The notes below the pieces were generated by a model. The model saw nothing but the letters and a program-made list of their open reading frames with translations. It had not been told where the DNA came from and made no database searches. From the IMG/VR virus record IMGVR_UViG_3300030433_000377, positions 1-44,678 of that record: a DNA stretch of 44,678 nucleotides. One strand, given 5' to 3'. This document shows positions 17,943-26,918 of the stretch, in pieces. Position 1 is the stretch's first letter; each line of letters opens with the position of its first letter. Source of the stretch: a virus. Taxonomy: Duplodnaviria > Caudoviricetes. The position numbers and the translations under genes were made by a program.

Positions 17943-17958
17943 GGCCCCTTCGGGGGCC
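17943..17958 (+). other. cUUCGg tetraloop hairpin without a U tract
   Basis: GGCCCC-TTCG-GGGGCC. Confidence 0.8.
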
Positions 17959-17971
17959 ATCCACCCCAAGG

Positions 17972-17992
17972 CTACCCGGCAAGACCGGCCCC
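17972..17992 (+). promoter_or_regulatory. CUAC-stem-CCCC leader module before the scaffold gene
   Basis: CTAC-CCGG-caaga-CCGG-CCCC; same flanks recur twice before the capsid gene. Confidence 0.55.
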
Positions 17993-18010
17993 TGAACTAA
18001 TAGGCATATA

Positions 18011-18931
18011 ATGGCTGAAATTAAAGTAGACTCATTTTCGCACAATCGCAACCTACAGAAGATCCAGAAAGAAGAGGAAGAGCTGGCAGCGCTCTTACGT
18101 GGAGATGAGATCGACCAAGAAGAAGAACCGGAAGCAGAGGAATCCAGTAGCGATGTCGTTGCGGAGTCCGAACCTGCGGATGAAGGTAATACCGAACAAG
18201 AAGAAACGCCTCAAGCCGAAGCACAAGAAGATGATGCTGGACTGAGCGCTGAAGAAGCAAACTTTAAGAAGCGCTACGGTGATCTACGTCGCCATCAGCA
18301 AGCTAAAGAAGCTGAGTACAAACAGCGTTTAGCTGCTCTTGAAGAACAACTCAAAAAGGGTAACGTTGTTAACCCGAACGCTAGTCGTGAACAGATTCAA
18401 GCTTGGGCACAAGCAAACCCACAAGCTGAGCAAGTTATTCGCACACTAGCAGATGAACAAGCAAATGCTAAGCTGAAGGAAGTAGAGAGCCGTTTAGCAT
18501 TTGTAGAAAAGCAGGAGAAAGCAGCGAAGCGTAAGAGCGCTGAAGCTAAGCTTATGGAACTGCACCCTGACTTCCAAGAAATCCGTAAGGACGATGCTTT
18601 CCATGTCTGGGCTAAAGAACAGCCCGAAGTAATGCAAGCAGCGCTGTACAATGACCCTGACGATGTAAAAGGTGTGGCACGTGTGCTAGATCTGTACAAA
18701 GCAGATAAGGGTATTAAGAGTAAGCGCAAAGCTTCTGCAGATGTAGATGCAGCAAAGTCCGTACGTTCTCGTTCTCGCCCGACACCAGAGGCAGACGAGG
18801 CTAAAAGTTTCCTGTCCGAATCAGCAGTACAGAATATGTCTGCTAAGGAGTTTGAAGAGCGCTACGACGAGATTGAAACCGCTCGGAAAACAGGAAAGTT
18901 CGTCTATGATTTAAGCCGTCCACGTCGATAA
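18011..18931 (+). CDS. Capsid scaffolding protein
   Basis: Acidic N-terminus, FKKRYGDLRRH coiled coil, LHPDF; immediately upstream of the major capsid gene. Confidence 0.8.
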   Translation: MAEIKVDSFSHNRNLQKIQKEEEELAALLRGDEIDQEEEPEAEESSSDVVAESEPADEGNTEQEETPQAEAQEDDAGLSAEEANFKKRYGDLRRHQQAKEAEYKQRLAALEEQLKKGNVVNPNASREQIQAWAQANPQAEQVIRTLADEQANAKLKEVESRLAFVEKQEKAAKRKSAEAKLMELHPDFQEIRKDDAFHVWAKEQPEVMQAALYNDPDDVKGVARVLDLYKADKGIKSKRKASADVDAAKSVRSRSRPTPEADEAKSFLSESAVQNMSAKEFEERYDEIETARKTGKFVYDLSRPRR

Positions 18932-18935
18932 AGTA

Positions 18936-18964
18936 TTGACATTCGGCTTTGCATAGATACAACT
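18936..18964 (+). promoter_or_regulatory. Capsid promoter TTGACA-N16-TACAACT
   Basis: Perfect -35 at 18936-18941; TACAAC at 18958-18963. Confidence 0.7.
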
Positions 18965-18989
18965 GTATACGCACTACCACAAAAAAGAA

Positions 18990-19044
18990 CTACCCAATAC
19001 AAGCGGCCCCTTTTTCTATGGACTACCCGCAAGCGATTGGCCTC
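18990..19044 (+). ncRNA. Structured cis-regulatory RNA in the capsid 5' UTR (putative)
   Basis: Nested stems CCAAT/ATTGG and GCGG/CCGC, each flanked by CTAC and CCYC. Confidence 0.5.
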
Positions 19045-19098
19045 TTTCCGTGATATTGTGTTATTGACAACAACGCCATATCTAGAAGGAAAAAGAAA

Positions 19099-20163
19099 AT
19101 GGCAGCATTTGGTAAGGCGGCGAATTATACCAACCTTAATAACGGTAACTTTTCGTCAGTAATCTACTCAAAGCAAGCACAGATTGCTCTTCGCAAGAGC
19201 GCTGTTGCTAATGCAATCACCAACAGTGACTACTTCGGTGAGATCGCTAATCAGGGCGACACCGTACGTATCATGAAAGAGCCAGACATCACTGTCAACG
19301 CTCTGTTGCGTGGTACTTCAATCTCAACTCAAGATCTGGACGACAACGACTTCCAGTTGACCATCGACAAAGCAAACTACTTTGCATTCAAGATGGACGA
19401 CATCGAAGAGCAGCAGTCTCACATCGACTTCATGAAGCTGGCATCTGATCGCGCTGCGTACAAGATGGCTGACTCTATGGACGCTGATGTACTGTCTTAC
19501 TTGTCAGGTTACACCACCGCAGGTGCTAAGGCGACCACCGTTTCAGGTACCGCTTCACACCAGACCGCTGGCGATCTGACCGGTGAATTCTTGACTGCAA
19601 ACCACCTGATGAAGGACGACTTTGGCAACATCACCACCTCTGGTGCTGACGGTACCCACTGTATTCCAGTAGCAGCACGTCTGCCAGGTGCAACCGCTCT
19701 GTCTACCTCAACCGCATCACCTTTGGCTATTATTGCTCGTATGGCTCGTAAGCTGGACGAAGCAAACGTAGACACTCGTGGTCGTTGGTTGGTTGTCGAC
19801 CCAGTATTCATCGAACTGCTGAAGGACGAAGATTCTCGTCTGTTCAACGCAGACTTCGGTGGTTCAGGTCTGCAGAACGGCTTGTTGAGTGACAGCGTAC
19901 ACGGCTTCCGTTTGTACCAGTCAAACAACCTGCCAGCAAACGGCACGGGTGCTGGTACCACCGGTACTGCTAACCGTACTGACAACTTCGGTGTTATTGT
20001 TGCAGGTCATGACTCTGCAGTAGCTACCGCTGAACAGATCAGCAAGGTTGAAACCTACCGTGACCCAGACTCTTTCGCAGACATCGTACGTGGTATGCAC
20101 CTGTACGGTCGTAAGATCCTGCGTCCTGAGTGCTTGGTTAGCGCGGCGTACAACGCAGCATAA
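19099..20163 (+). CDS. Major capsid protein (P22 coat-like, HK97 fold)
   Basis: YFGEIANQGDTVRI, RWLVVDP, GFRLYQSNNLP, FADIVRGMHLYGRKILRPE; strong RBS and biased codon use. Confidence 0.95.
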   Translation: MAAFGKAANYTNLNNGNFSSVIYSKQAQIALRKSAVANAITNSDYFGEIANQGDTVRIMKEPDITVNALLRGTSISTQDLDDNDFQLTIDKANYFAFKMDDIEEQQSHIDFMKLASDRAAYKMADSMDADVLSYLSGYTTAGAKATTVSGTASHQTAGDLTGEFLTANHLMKDDFGNITTSGADGTHCIPVAARLPGATALSTSTASPLAIIARMARKLDEANVDTRGRWLVVDPVFIELLKDEDSRLFNADFGGSGLQNGLLSDSVHGFRLYQSNNLPANGTGAGTTGTANRTDNFGVIVAGHDSAVATAEQISKVETYRDPDSFADIVRGMHLYGRKILRPECLVSAAYNAA

Positions 20164-20173
20164 TCTGCTAAAC

Positions 20174-20210
20174 GGTGGGGCTGGCTTCGTGCTGGCCCCA
20201 TTGTACTTTG
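20174..20210 (+). terminator. Intrinsic terminator after the capsid gene
   Basis: GGTGGGGCTGGC-ttcgt-GCTGGCCCCATT then a T-rich run. Confidence 0.75.
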
Positions 20211-20227
20211 TTTAGAGGACGATTACG

Positions 20228-20926
20228 ATGGCATATGATTTCTTGGGGTTGGTTAACGACATCAATCGTCGTCTCAACGAAGTAGAACTAACATCTAGCA
20301 ATTTCAGCACAGCAAGCGGTTTTTATAGCTTCGCTAAAGATGCTGTGAACAGTGCTATTCAGCACATCAATCAGGAAGAGTTTGAATGGCCGTGGAACCA
20401 CGCCGATAAGACTGAAACCCTGATGGCAGGCACTGTGCGTTATGCCTACCCAACAGACGCCAAGACGATTAACTTAAATACTTTCCGTCTTAGAAGCGCA
20501 ATGCAGAACCCAGCACTGAGTATAGGTACTCGCCGTCTGAAGAATATCTCTTATGAAGAGTATTTAGATAAGTATGGTGATGCTGAGTTTGACAGCAGTG
20601 AAGATACCAGGGGTATACCAGAAGTAATTGCACGTACACCTAGCAGAGAGCTTATTTTATACCCATCACCCGATCAAGCATATCTGTTGACTTACGAGTA
20701 TTACCAGACCGTAACACCTCTAGACGCAGCAACAGACACTCCCGCCCTTCCTAAGCAATACCGTCACGTTATCGTTGATGGTGCAATGTACTACGCTTAC
20801 CTGTTCCGTGGCGATGCTCAGAACGCTAATATGGCTCTTGGCAAGTTCAACCAAGGACTGAAGAACCTGCGCAGTATCTATATCAATCGGACGGATTATA
20901 TCCGTGATCGTCGGGTACACTTCTAA
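20228..20926 (+). CDS. Head-tail adaptor / tail tubular protein A-like
   Basis: LVNDINRRLNE, EWPW, LYPSPD motifs; follows the capsid gene. Confidence 0.75.
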   Translation: MAYDFLGLVNDINRRLNEVELTSSNFSTASGFYSFAKDAVNSAIQHINQEEFEWPWNHADKTETLMAGTVRYAYPTDAKTINLNTFRLRSAMQNPALSIGTRRLKNISYEEYLDKYGDAEFDSSEDTRGIPEVIARTPSRELILYPSPDQAYLLTYEYYQTVTPLDAATDTPALPKQYRHVIVDGAMYYAYLFRGDAQNANMALGKFNQGLKNLRSIYINRTDYIRDRRVHF

Positions 20927-22527
20927 TGGCGACACAGTGGCAGACTTTTCCATTCGAGTTTCGCGGCGGGTTGATCTCTAACCTGTCGCCGCTTCAGCAT
21001 GGCACTAACGCCCCTGGTTCAGCTACCATCTTGCAAAACTTTGAAGTCGCTAAGACCGGTGGTTACGCAAAGATCAAAGGCTTTGCCAAGTTTAGCTCTA
21101 CTGAAGTTCCTGGCACAGGTGAGGTTCTGGCAGTAAAGGTTATCTCGTCGGGCAAAGCTATTGTTGCTCGTAAAGTGGATTCTGCTGCTATTACTGCTGA
21201 AACGAACCTAGTCAGCGGCGACTTAAATAAGACTGCTTATTATGTCGGCACAGGTTCAAGCTGGACCCTGATGGATGACGGTGCAGGCTCGCCTACGTAT
21301 GCTGTTAGTGGTTCGACTGGTGGTGGTAAAGTTCGGCACGTTGAGTATAACCTAGACGGCAACGATAAAGTACTGTTCGTTGATGGGACAAACTACCCAG
21401 CAATATATAGCACGTCAGGGGATGACTTTGAGTTCATGTCGTCTTCTAATACCACTGATGTTCAGGGTGCTGAGCACGTTGCTATTTTTAAGAACACTGC
21501 GTTCTTCGCTAAAGATAATAACATCTTCTTTACGGCACCGTTTACCGTAGATGACTTTAGCGCAGCCAATGGCGCTGGTACTTTAAATGTTGGTCATGAT
21601 GTGACAGGCTTAGCTGTCTTCCGTGATCAGCTAATCATCTTTACGACAGACACCATTAAACGTTTAACTGGTAACACCTCCGCAGACTACCAGCTAGCGT
21701 CCATTACCGACCGGATCGGCTGCATCAATGGCGACACCATTCAGGAAGTGGGTGGTGATATTATGTACCTAGCGCCTGATGGTATTCGCTTGCTGAGCGC
21801 AACCGACCGTATTGGTGACTTTGGGTTGGATGTTACCTCCGATAGCATTAAAACTGATGCTGACGCACTGATCAACTCGACGACCAACTTCTGTTCACTG
21901 ATCCTTCGGGAAAAAAGCCAGTACCGCTTGTTTGCGTTCATCAGCGGTCAACAGAAAAGCGTTGCTAAGGGCCTCATCGGGACGAAGTTTATTGCTCAGG
22001 GTGGTTCAGGTATTAACTGGTCAACGACCAAAGGTATCTGTGCAACTGTTGCGGATAGTCGTTACGAAGGTGACACTGAGACAGCTATGTTCGCCAATGG
22101 TGATGGCTACTTATATACCATGGAAACAGGTAGCTCGTTTGACGGTAGCAATATCGAGGCTACTTATGAGTCACCGTACATTCCTGTCACCGACCCTCAG
22201 ACACGTAAAACTTTTTATAAGTTGACCATGTACATTGAGCCAACGAGCGGCTTTGATATGGATCTGCACCTGAAGCTAGACCTTGGCTCGCGTAACACTG
22301 TGCAACCTGCTGCTATCAATCTAAGTACATCCGGCGGCGGTCTAGCATATTATGGTACCGCAGTATACGGTACAGACTCGTATGGCGGCTCACTCGACAA
22401 CGTTTACGTCAACAACGTTATCGGTTCAGGTAAAACAGTAGCACTTCGCATTGATGATCATTCAACTAACTCTACTTTCACTCTAGACACCGCGCTTCTA
22501 GAATTCAGTCAAAACGATAGGCAGTAA
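20926..22527 (+). CDS. Tail nozzle / tubular protein B-like (beta-propeller)
   Basis: FRGGL N-terminus, beta-rich, IGC...TIQEVGGDIMYLAPDGIR; gene order. Confidence 0.75.
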   Translation: MATQWQTFPFEFRGGLISNLSPLQHGTNAPGSATILQNFEVAKTGGYAKIKGFAKFSSTEVPGTGEVLAVKVISSGKAIVARKVDSAAITAETNLVSGDLNKTAYYVGTGSSWTLMDDGAGSPTYAVSGSTGGGKVRHVEYNLDGNDKVLFVDGTNYPAIYSTSGDDFEFMSSSNTTDVQGAEHVAIFKNTAFFAKDNNIFFTAPFTVDDFSAANGAGTLNVGHDVTGLAVFRDQLIIFTTDTIKRLTGNTSADYQLASITDRIGCINGDTIQEVGGDIMYLAPDGIRLLSATDRIGDFGLDVTSDSIKTDADALINSTTNFCSLILREKSQYRLFAFISGQQKSVAKGLIGTKFIAQGGSGINWSTTKGICATVADSRYEGDTETAMFANGDGYLYTMETGSSFDGSNIEATYESPYIPVTDPQTRKTFYKLTMYIEPTSGFDMDLHLKLDLGSRNTVQPAAINLSTSGGGLAYYGTAVYGTDSYGGSLDNVYVNNVIGSGKTVALRIDDHSTNSTFTLDTALLEFSQNDRQ

Positions 22528-22528
22528 A

Positions 22529-24601
22529 ATGGCAGGCTATACACGTCAAGATACCGCAGACAACATTGCTAACGGTAACGTTATTGATGCTACTGACTTG
22601 GACAACGAGTTCAACCAGGTACAGTCTGCTTTTAATTCCTCTACGGGTCACAAGCATGATGGCACCGCAGGTGAAGGCGCACCGATTGAAAAGATTGGCC
22701 CTTCGCAAGATGTGGTCGCTACGGCATCTACTCTTGAGCCTAAGACGACCAATACGGTAGACTTAGGTACGACTACTAAGCAGTATAAAGATCTGCACTT
22801 AGATGGTACAGCTAACATCGACAGCCTTGTGGCTGACACTGCTGACATCAACGGTGGTACGATTGATGGCGCTACCATCGGTGGTACTACTGCTGCTGCT
22901 ATCACGGGTACAACGATTACGGGTACGTCTCTTGTCGGCCCTGTAACGGGTAACGTGACCGGCAATGTCACAGGTAATGTTACTGGCAACGTAACAGGTG
23001 ATCTAACTGGCGCGGTAACTGGTAATGTTACCGGCGACCTAACTGGTGACGTAACCGGAGATGTGACCGGTAACTTGACGGGTAATGTCACTGGTAACGT
23101 GACAGGCAATGTTACAGGTAATGTAACGGGTACGACCTCTGACATCAGCAACCACGACACAGATGATCTTTCTGAAGGTACGACTAATCAGTATTACACT
23201 GATGCTCGCTCTCGTGGCGCTATCTCGGTAACGGGTACTGGCATTAGCTATGACTCTAGCACAGGTGTTATCACTGGATCAGCTTCTACTCCTGCTGACG
23301 CTACCGATACCACAAAAGGTATTGCATCGTTTGATGAGACTGACTTCACTGTAACCAGCGGTGACGTCACCATCAATGCAGAGCGTGTGCAAGACTTGGT
23401 CGGCGCCATGGTCACGGGTAACACTGAGACTGGCATTAGCGTAACGTATCAGGATGATGACGGCACGTTAGACTTCGTTGTTTCTGATGTTACTCTCGGC
23501 ACGAACACCACAGGCGATTACGTTACGAGCCTGGTAGCAGGCACAGGTGTTACGCTCACTAACAACAGCGGTGAGAGCGCTACTCCGACGGTTGCTATCG
23601 GTCAGGCCGTTGGTACTACTGATAGCGTTACTTTTGCAGGCGTTACCGCCCCTCTGACAGGTAATGTCACGGGTAACGTAACCGGTAACGTAACGGGTGA
23701 TGTCACGGGTAACGCTGACACAGCTACTACTCTCGAAACGGCTCGTACAATCGGTGGCGTATCGTTCGACGGTAGTGCTAATATTGATCTACCAGGTGTC
23801 AATACTTCAGGTACGCAAGACACCTCTGGTACTGCTACCAACGCTACTAACATCAACATCAGTGCGAACACTTCAACGGATACCACTGCGTACCCTGTGC
23901 TCGTTGGCGCATCTACCACGGGCAACCAAGCTCCGCTGATTGACAATGCAGACTTGTCATATAACGCTTCTACTGGTACACTTAGCGCTACCAAGTTCAG
24001 CGGTGACGGTAGTAGCTTGACTGGTATTGCTAGCGGTGGCTTGTTCTCTCCTGTTAGCGGTCGTAGCTGGGTAAGCGCTCAAGAGACTATAACTCCCGGC
24101 TCTTATGCGAGTCCTGCTTCTTATAGCATCACCGCTCCGTCAGATCAGGGTCTTTGGCTTCGGGGGATGTGGTGGTTTACGTCATGGGTTAACAATTTTA
24201 CAGATAAAATCTATATAGACTGTACCCTCGATGGCGGCTGGGCAATGACGGATTTTGTCAACGGCGCAAGCACTACGCTTGAAAATGCTTTACGCCTTGA
24301 TATGTCTGATAAAAGACCTTTCCCTGCTAGTACTGTATTCGGTGTATCCCGTCAAGACCTCAGTGGGTCTTTGTCCAGTGATTCGATGCAAGATGTCTTA
24401 AAACAAATTCAGGTTTCGGCACTAGGAACAGATACCGAAGTTTTCAAGATAGCCACAAATGATTCAGGTGTCTTTACTAGACCAGCGATTATCTTTGAAG
24501 CGTATCTAGAGCCTTCAGGACACCTGACGTTTCAAATCGGTCAAGATAGCAGTGCTATTACGGGTAACACCTCTGTTGGTTATTTAGGATTAGAGGTATA
24601 G
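22529..24601 (+). CDS. Tail fiber protein
   Basis: MAGYTRQ...EFNQ...GHKHDG anchor domain; G[ND][VL]T repeats; DDLSEGTTNQYYT and ARTIGGVSFDGSANI fiber motifs. Confidence 0.9.
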   Translation: MAGYTRQDTADNIANGNVIDATDLDNEFNQVQSAFNSSTGHKHDGTAGEGAPIEKIGPSQDVVATASTLEPKTTNTVDLGTTTKQYKDLHLDGTANIDSLVADTADINGGTIDGATIGGTTAAAITGTTITGTSLVGPVTGNVTGNVTGNVTGNVTGDLTGAVTGNVTGDLTGDVTGDVTGNLTGNVTGNVTGNVTGNVTGTTSDISNHDTDDLSEGTTNQYYTDARSRGAISVTGTGISYDSSTGVITGSASTPADATDTTKGIASFDETDFTVTSGDVTINAERVQDLVGAMVTGNTETGISVTYQDDDGTLDFVVSDVTLGTNTTGDYVTSLVAGTGVTLTNNSGESATPTVAIGQAVGTTDSVTFAGVTAPLTGNVTGNVTGNVTGDVTGNADTATTLETARTIGGVSFDGSANIDLPGVNTSGTQDTSGTATNATNINISANTSTDTTAYPVLVGASTTGNQAPLIDNADLSYNASTGTLSATKFSGDGSSLTGIASGGLFSPVSGRSWVSAQETITPGSYASPASYSITAPSDQGLWLRGMWWFTSWVNNFTDKIYIDCTLDGGWAMTDFVNGASTTLENALRLDMSDKRPFPASTVFGVSRQDLSGSLSSDSMQDVLKQIQVSALGTDTEVFKIATNDSGVFTRPAIIFEAYLEPSGHLTFQIGQDSSAITGNTSVGYLGLEV
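22945..23130 (+). repeat. Degenerate 12-nt repeats encoding (GNVT)n; second block near 23660-23715
   Basis: Protein reads TGNVTGNVTGNVTGDLTG... Confidence 0.85.
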
Positions 24602-24605
24602 CAAA

Positions 24606-24956
24606 ATGTTTTACAAGTATAACACAACTTCTGGTCAAGTGCTGGGTATGAGTAATTCACAATCAGCCTTGCAAAATAACCTTCAATCCGGTGAAGCTAT
24701 TGTCGAACAGGCTTCTGCAGTAGGCGGGTATATCTCTGATATGACTGTCACCAACGGCGTAGTGTCAGGGGACAATACCAACCGTCTTAGTGATCAAGTT
24801 CGCACTGAACGAGATAGGCTGCTAGCAGAAACAGATTGGTGGGCTTCGTCTGATCTTACTATGACTGCTGCTCAGACAACATACCGGCAAGACTTGCGTG
24901 ACATCCCTAGTCAGTCAGGCTTTCCAAGCAACGTAACTTGGCCTACTAAGCCGTAA
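24606..24956 (+). CDS. Tail fiber assembly chaperone
   Basis: RTERDRLLAETDW...YRQDLRDIP.Q.GFP..VTWPTKP signature. Confidence 0.85.
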   Translation: MFYKYNTTSGQVLGMSNSQSALQNNLQSGEAIVEQASAVGGYISDMTVTNGVVSGDNTNRLSDQVRTERDRLLAETDWWASSDLTMTAAQTTYRQDLRDIPSQSGFPSNVTWPTKP

Positions 24957-24972
24957 AAAAGGAATACATTAG

Positions 24973-26898
24973 ATGGCTAAAAAGTTTGCAGGCTTTACTC
25001 CGGCGCAGCTAGATCGGATCTTTCCAGAGCTGCAAGGGTTACGCCCTCAAGATAAGCAGACGGTGTTGGACTCTGACCGTAGCATGCAAGACCGTTTGCG
25101 TGAGATGGAGATGGAAGCTCAGCGTCGTATCTCTGGTCGTGAGTTTGCTGAAGGCGGCTTAGCTGATGATGAGTATAAAGTGCCTAAAGCCGACCCAGAA
25201 GAGGGCTACCCTACTTTAACGGGTACAATGGGTCGTTCTGACACTATTACAGATACTTTGTTGAATGATTCGACGTCGGCAGTTACCACAGCAGATGTAG
25301 CTACAACGGAGATTACTGACAGTCAAGTCATTGACCCTACTACAGGTCAGGTCAAAACAGAAGATACGCCAGAGGCTACTACTACCGAAGCGGAAGCCGC
25401 TCCTGATGTAAAAGCTCCTGAAGAAAAGGCTGCTGCCAAAGTAGATGCTACTGAAGTTACTGAGACTGTAAAGTCTACGATGGACTCGCTTGAGGCTGTT
25501 ACTGGTAAGGTAGGAGAAGAGGCTCTTGTTGCTGCTGCTGAAATGGACCCAGCGCAGTTAAGCGCTCTAGGCCTGACAGTAGAGCAGATTGAGGAAGCTC
25601 GTAAAGTTATTGCACCTGAGAAGCGCAAAGTTGAAGAAGGCGAGATGATCGACGGTTCTACCGTTGACATGGCTAAAGTAGAAAAGACTGTCAACTTTGA
25701 AGCAGCTACTGGTGCGCCATCTAGTGACGCTACTGTACAGGGCCAGCTTACAGGTTTGATGGAGCAGTTCGAAGGCAGTGAGCCTCCCGCATGGGCTGCA
25801 GGTGCTATGCGCGCTGCTGCAGCACGTATGGCCTCTCGTGGCTTGTCTGCGTCGTCTATGGCTGGTCAGGCTATCATTCAAGCAGCAATGGAATCTGCCT
25901 TACCTATCGCTGTACAGGACGCACAGACCAGCGCTGCATTTGAACGCCAGAACCTGAGCAATAAGCAACAGGCTGCTATGTTTGCCGCTGAGAAGCGTGC
26001 ACAGTTTCTAAACCTGGAGTTTACGCAAGACTTCCAGGCTAAAGTACAGAACGCTGCACGCATCAGCGAAATCGCTAACATGAACTTCAGTGCTGAACAG
26101 CAGATCGCTCTAGAGAACGCTCGCCTGGCGCAGTCTGTTGACTTAGCTAATATGAACGCTGCTAATGCTAAGATTATGGCTGACGCTGCTGCTATGTCTC
26201 AGGTAGAGTTAACTAACCTGAACAACCGTCAGCAAGCACAAGTGCAGAATGCTAAGACTTTCTTGCAGATGGACATGGCTAACCTAAGCAATGAACAGCA
26301 AGCTGCTATGTTCAAAATGCAGTCTATTACACAGGCTTTGTTGAGCGATCAAGCAGCACAAAATGCTGCAGCACAGTTCAACGCAGCTAGTGAAAACCAA
26401 ACCAATCAGTTCTTTGCTAACCTGGAAAACCAGGTAAGTATGTTCAATAACGAACAGAAGAACGCGATTGCACGCTTTAACGCTGGTGAAGAAAACGCTC
26501 TAAGCCGTTTCAACGCAGAAATGCGTAATCAGCGTGACATGTTTAACGCGCAGAACTCTTTGGTTATCGAACAAGCAAACACTGCGTGGGCGCAGAAAGT
26601 AGCTACTGCTGAAACTGCTGCTATTAACGAGCGTAACATGGAAGCTGCGCGTACAGCTAATGGGTTTACTCAGCTTGCTATGCAGTCTGTTCTACAGGAA
26701 ACGCGTGACCTTATGTCTTGGGCTTGGCAGTCTGCTGAAAACGAAGCCGAACGCGCCAAGTCGATCTTAATCCAACAAATGGAGATTGACCGGGACACTG
26801 AAAAAGCTCGTGAAGCACGTTCTGCCTCTATGTTTAATATGTTAGGCGGTATGTTTGCGGACATCTTCAAGAAAAAAGTTCTAGGGCCAGCGGCTTAG
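24973..26898 (+). CDS. Internal virion (ejection) protein, A/Q/N-rich
   Basis: Long helical QFNA/N..NQ repeats; EFAEGGL motif near the N-terminus; follows tail genes. Confidence 0.7.
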   Translation: MAKKFAGFTPAQLDRIFPELQGLRPQDKQTVLDSDRSMQDRLREMEMEAQRRISGREFAEGGLADDEYKVPKADPEEGYPTLTGTMGRSDTITDTLLNDSTSAVTTADVATTEITDSQVIDPTTGQVKTEDTPEATTTEAEAAPDVKAPEEKAAAKVDATEVTETVKSTMDSLEAVTGKVGEEALVAAAEMDPAQLSALGLTVEQIEEARKVIAPEKRKVEEGEMIDGSTVDMAKVEKTVNFEAATGAPSSDATVQGQLTGLMEQFEGSEPPAWAAGAMRAAAARMASRGLSASSMAGQAIIQAAMESALPIAVQDAQTSAAFERQNLSNKQQAAMFAAEKRAQFLNLEFTQDFQAKVQNAARISEIANMNFSAEQQIALENARLAQSVDLANMNAANAKIMADAAAMSQVELTNLNNRQQAQVQNAKTFLQMDMANLSNEQQAAMFKMQSITQALLSDQAAQNAAAQFNAASENQTNQFFANLENQVSMFNNEQKNAIARFNAGEENALSRFNAEMRNQRDMFNAQNSLVIEQANTAWAQKVATAETAAINERNMEAARTANGFTQLAMQSVLQETRDLMSWAWQSAENEAERAKSILIQQMEIDRDTEKAREARSASMFNMLGGMFADIFKKKVLGPAA

Positions 26899-26918
26899 TC
26901 TAAGTAAGGATTACACAA

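Noticed and set aside
17943-17958. Intrinsic terminator
   Set aside because: Stable UUCG hairpin but no U tract on either strand; kept only as a structural hairpin
22945-23130. CRISPR-like or DGR repeat array
   Set aside because: Degenerate 12-nt coding repeats with no spacers; no reverse transcriptase or cas operon in the window
22648-23994. Antisense ORFs with (VTLP)n repeats
   Set aside because: Mirror of the GNVT codon repeats in the tail fiber
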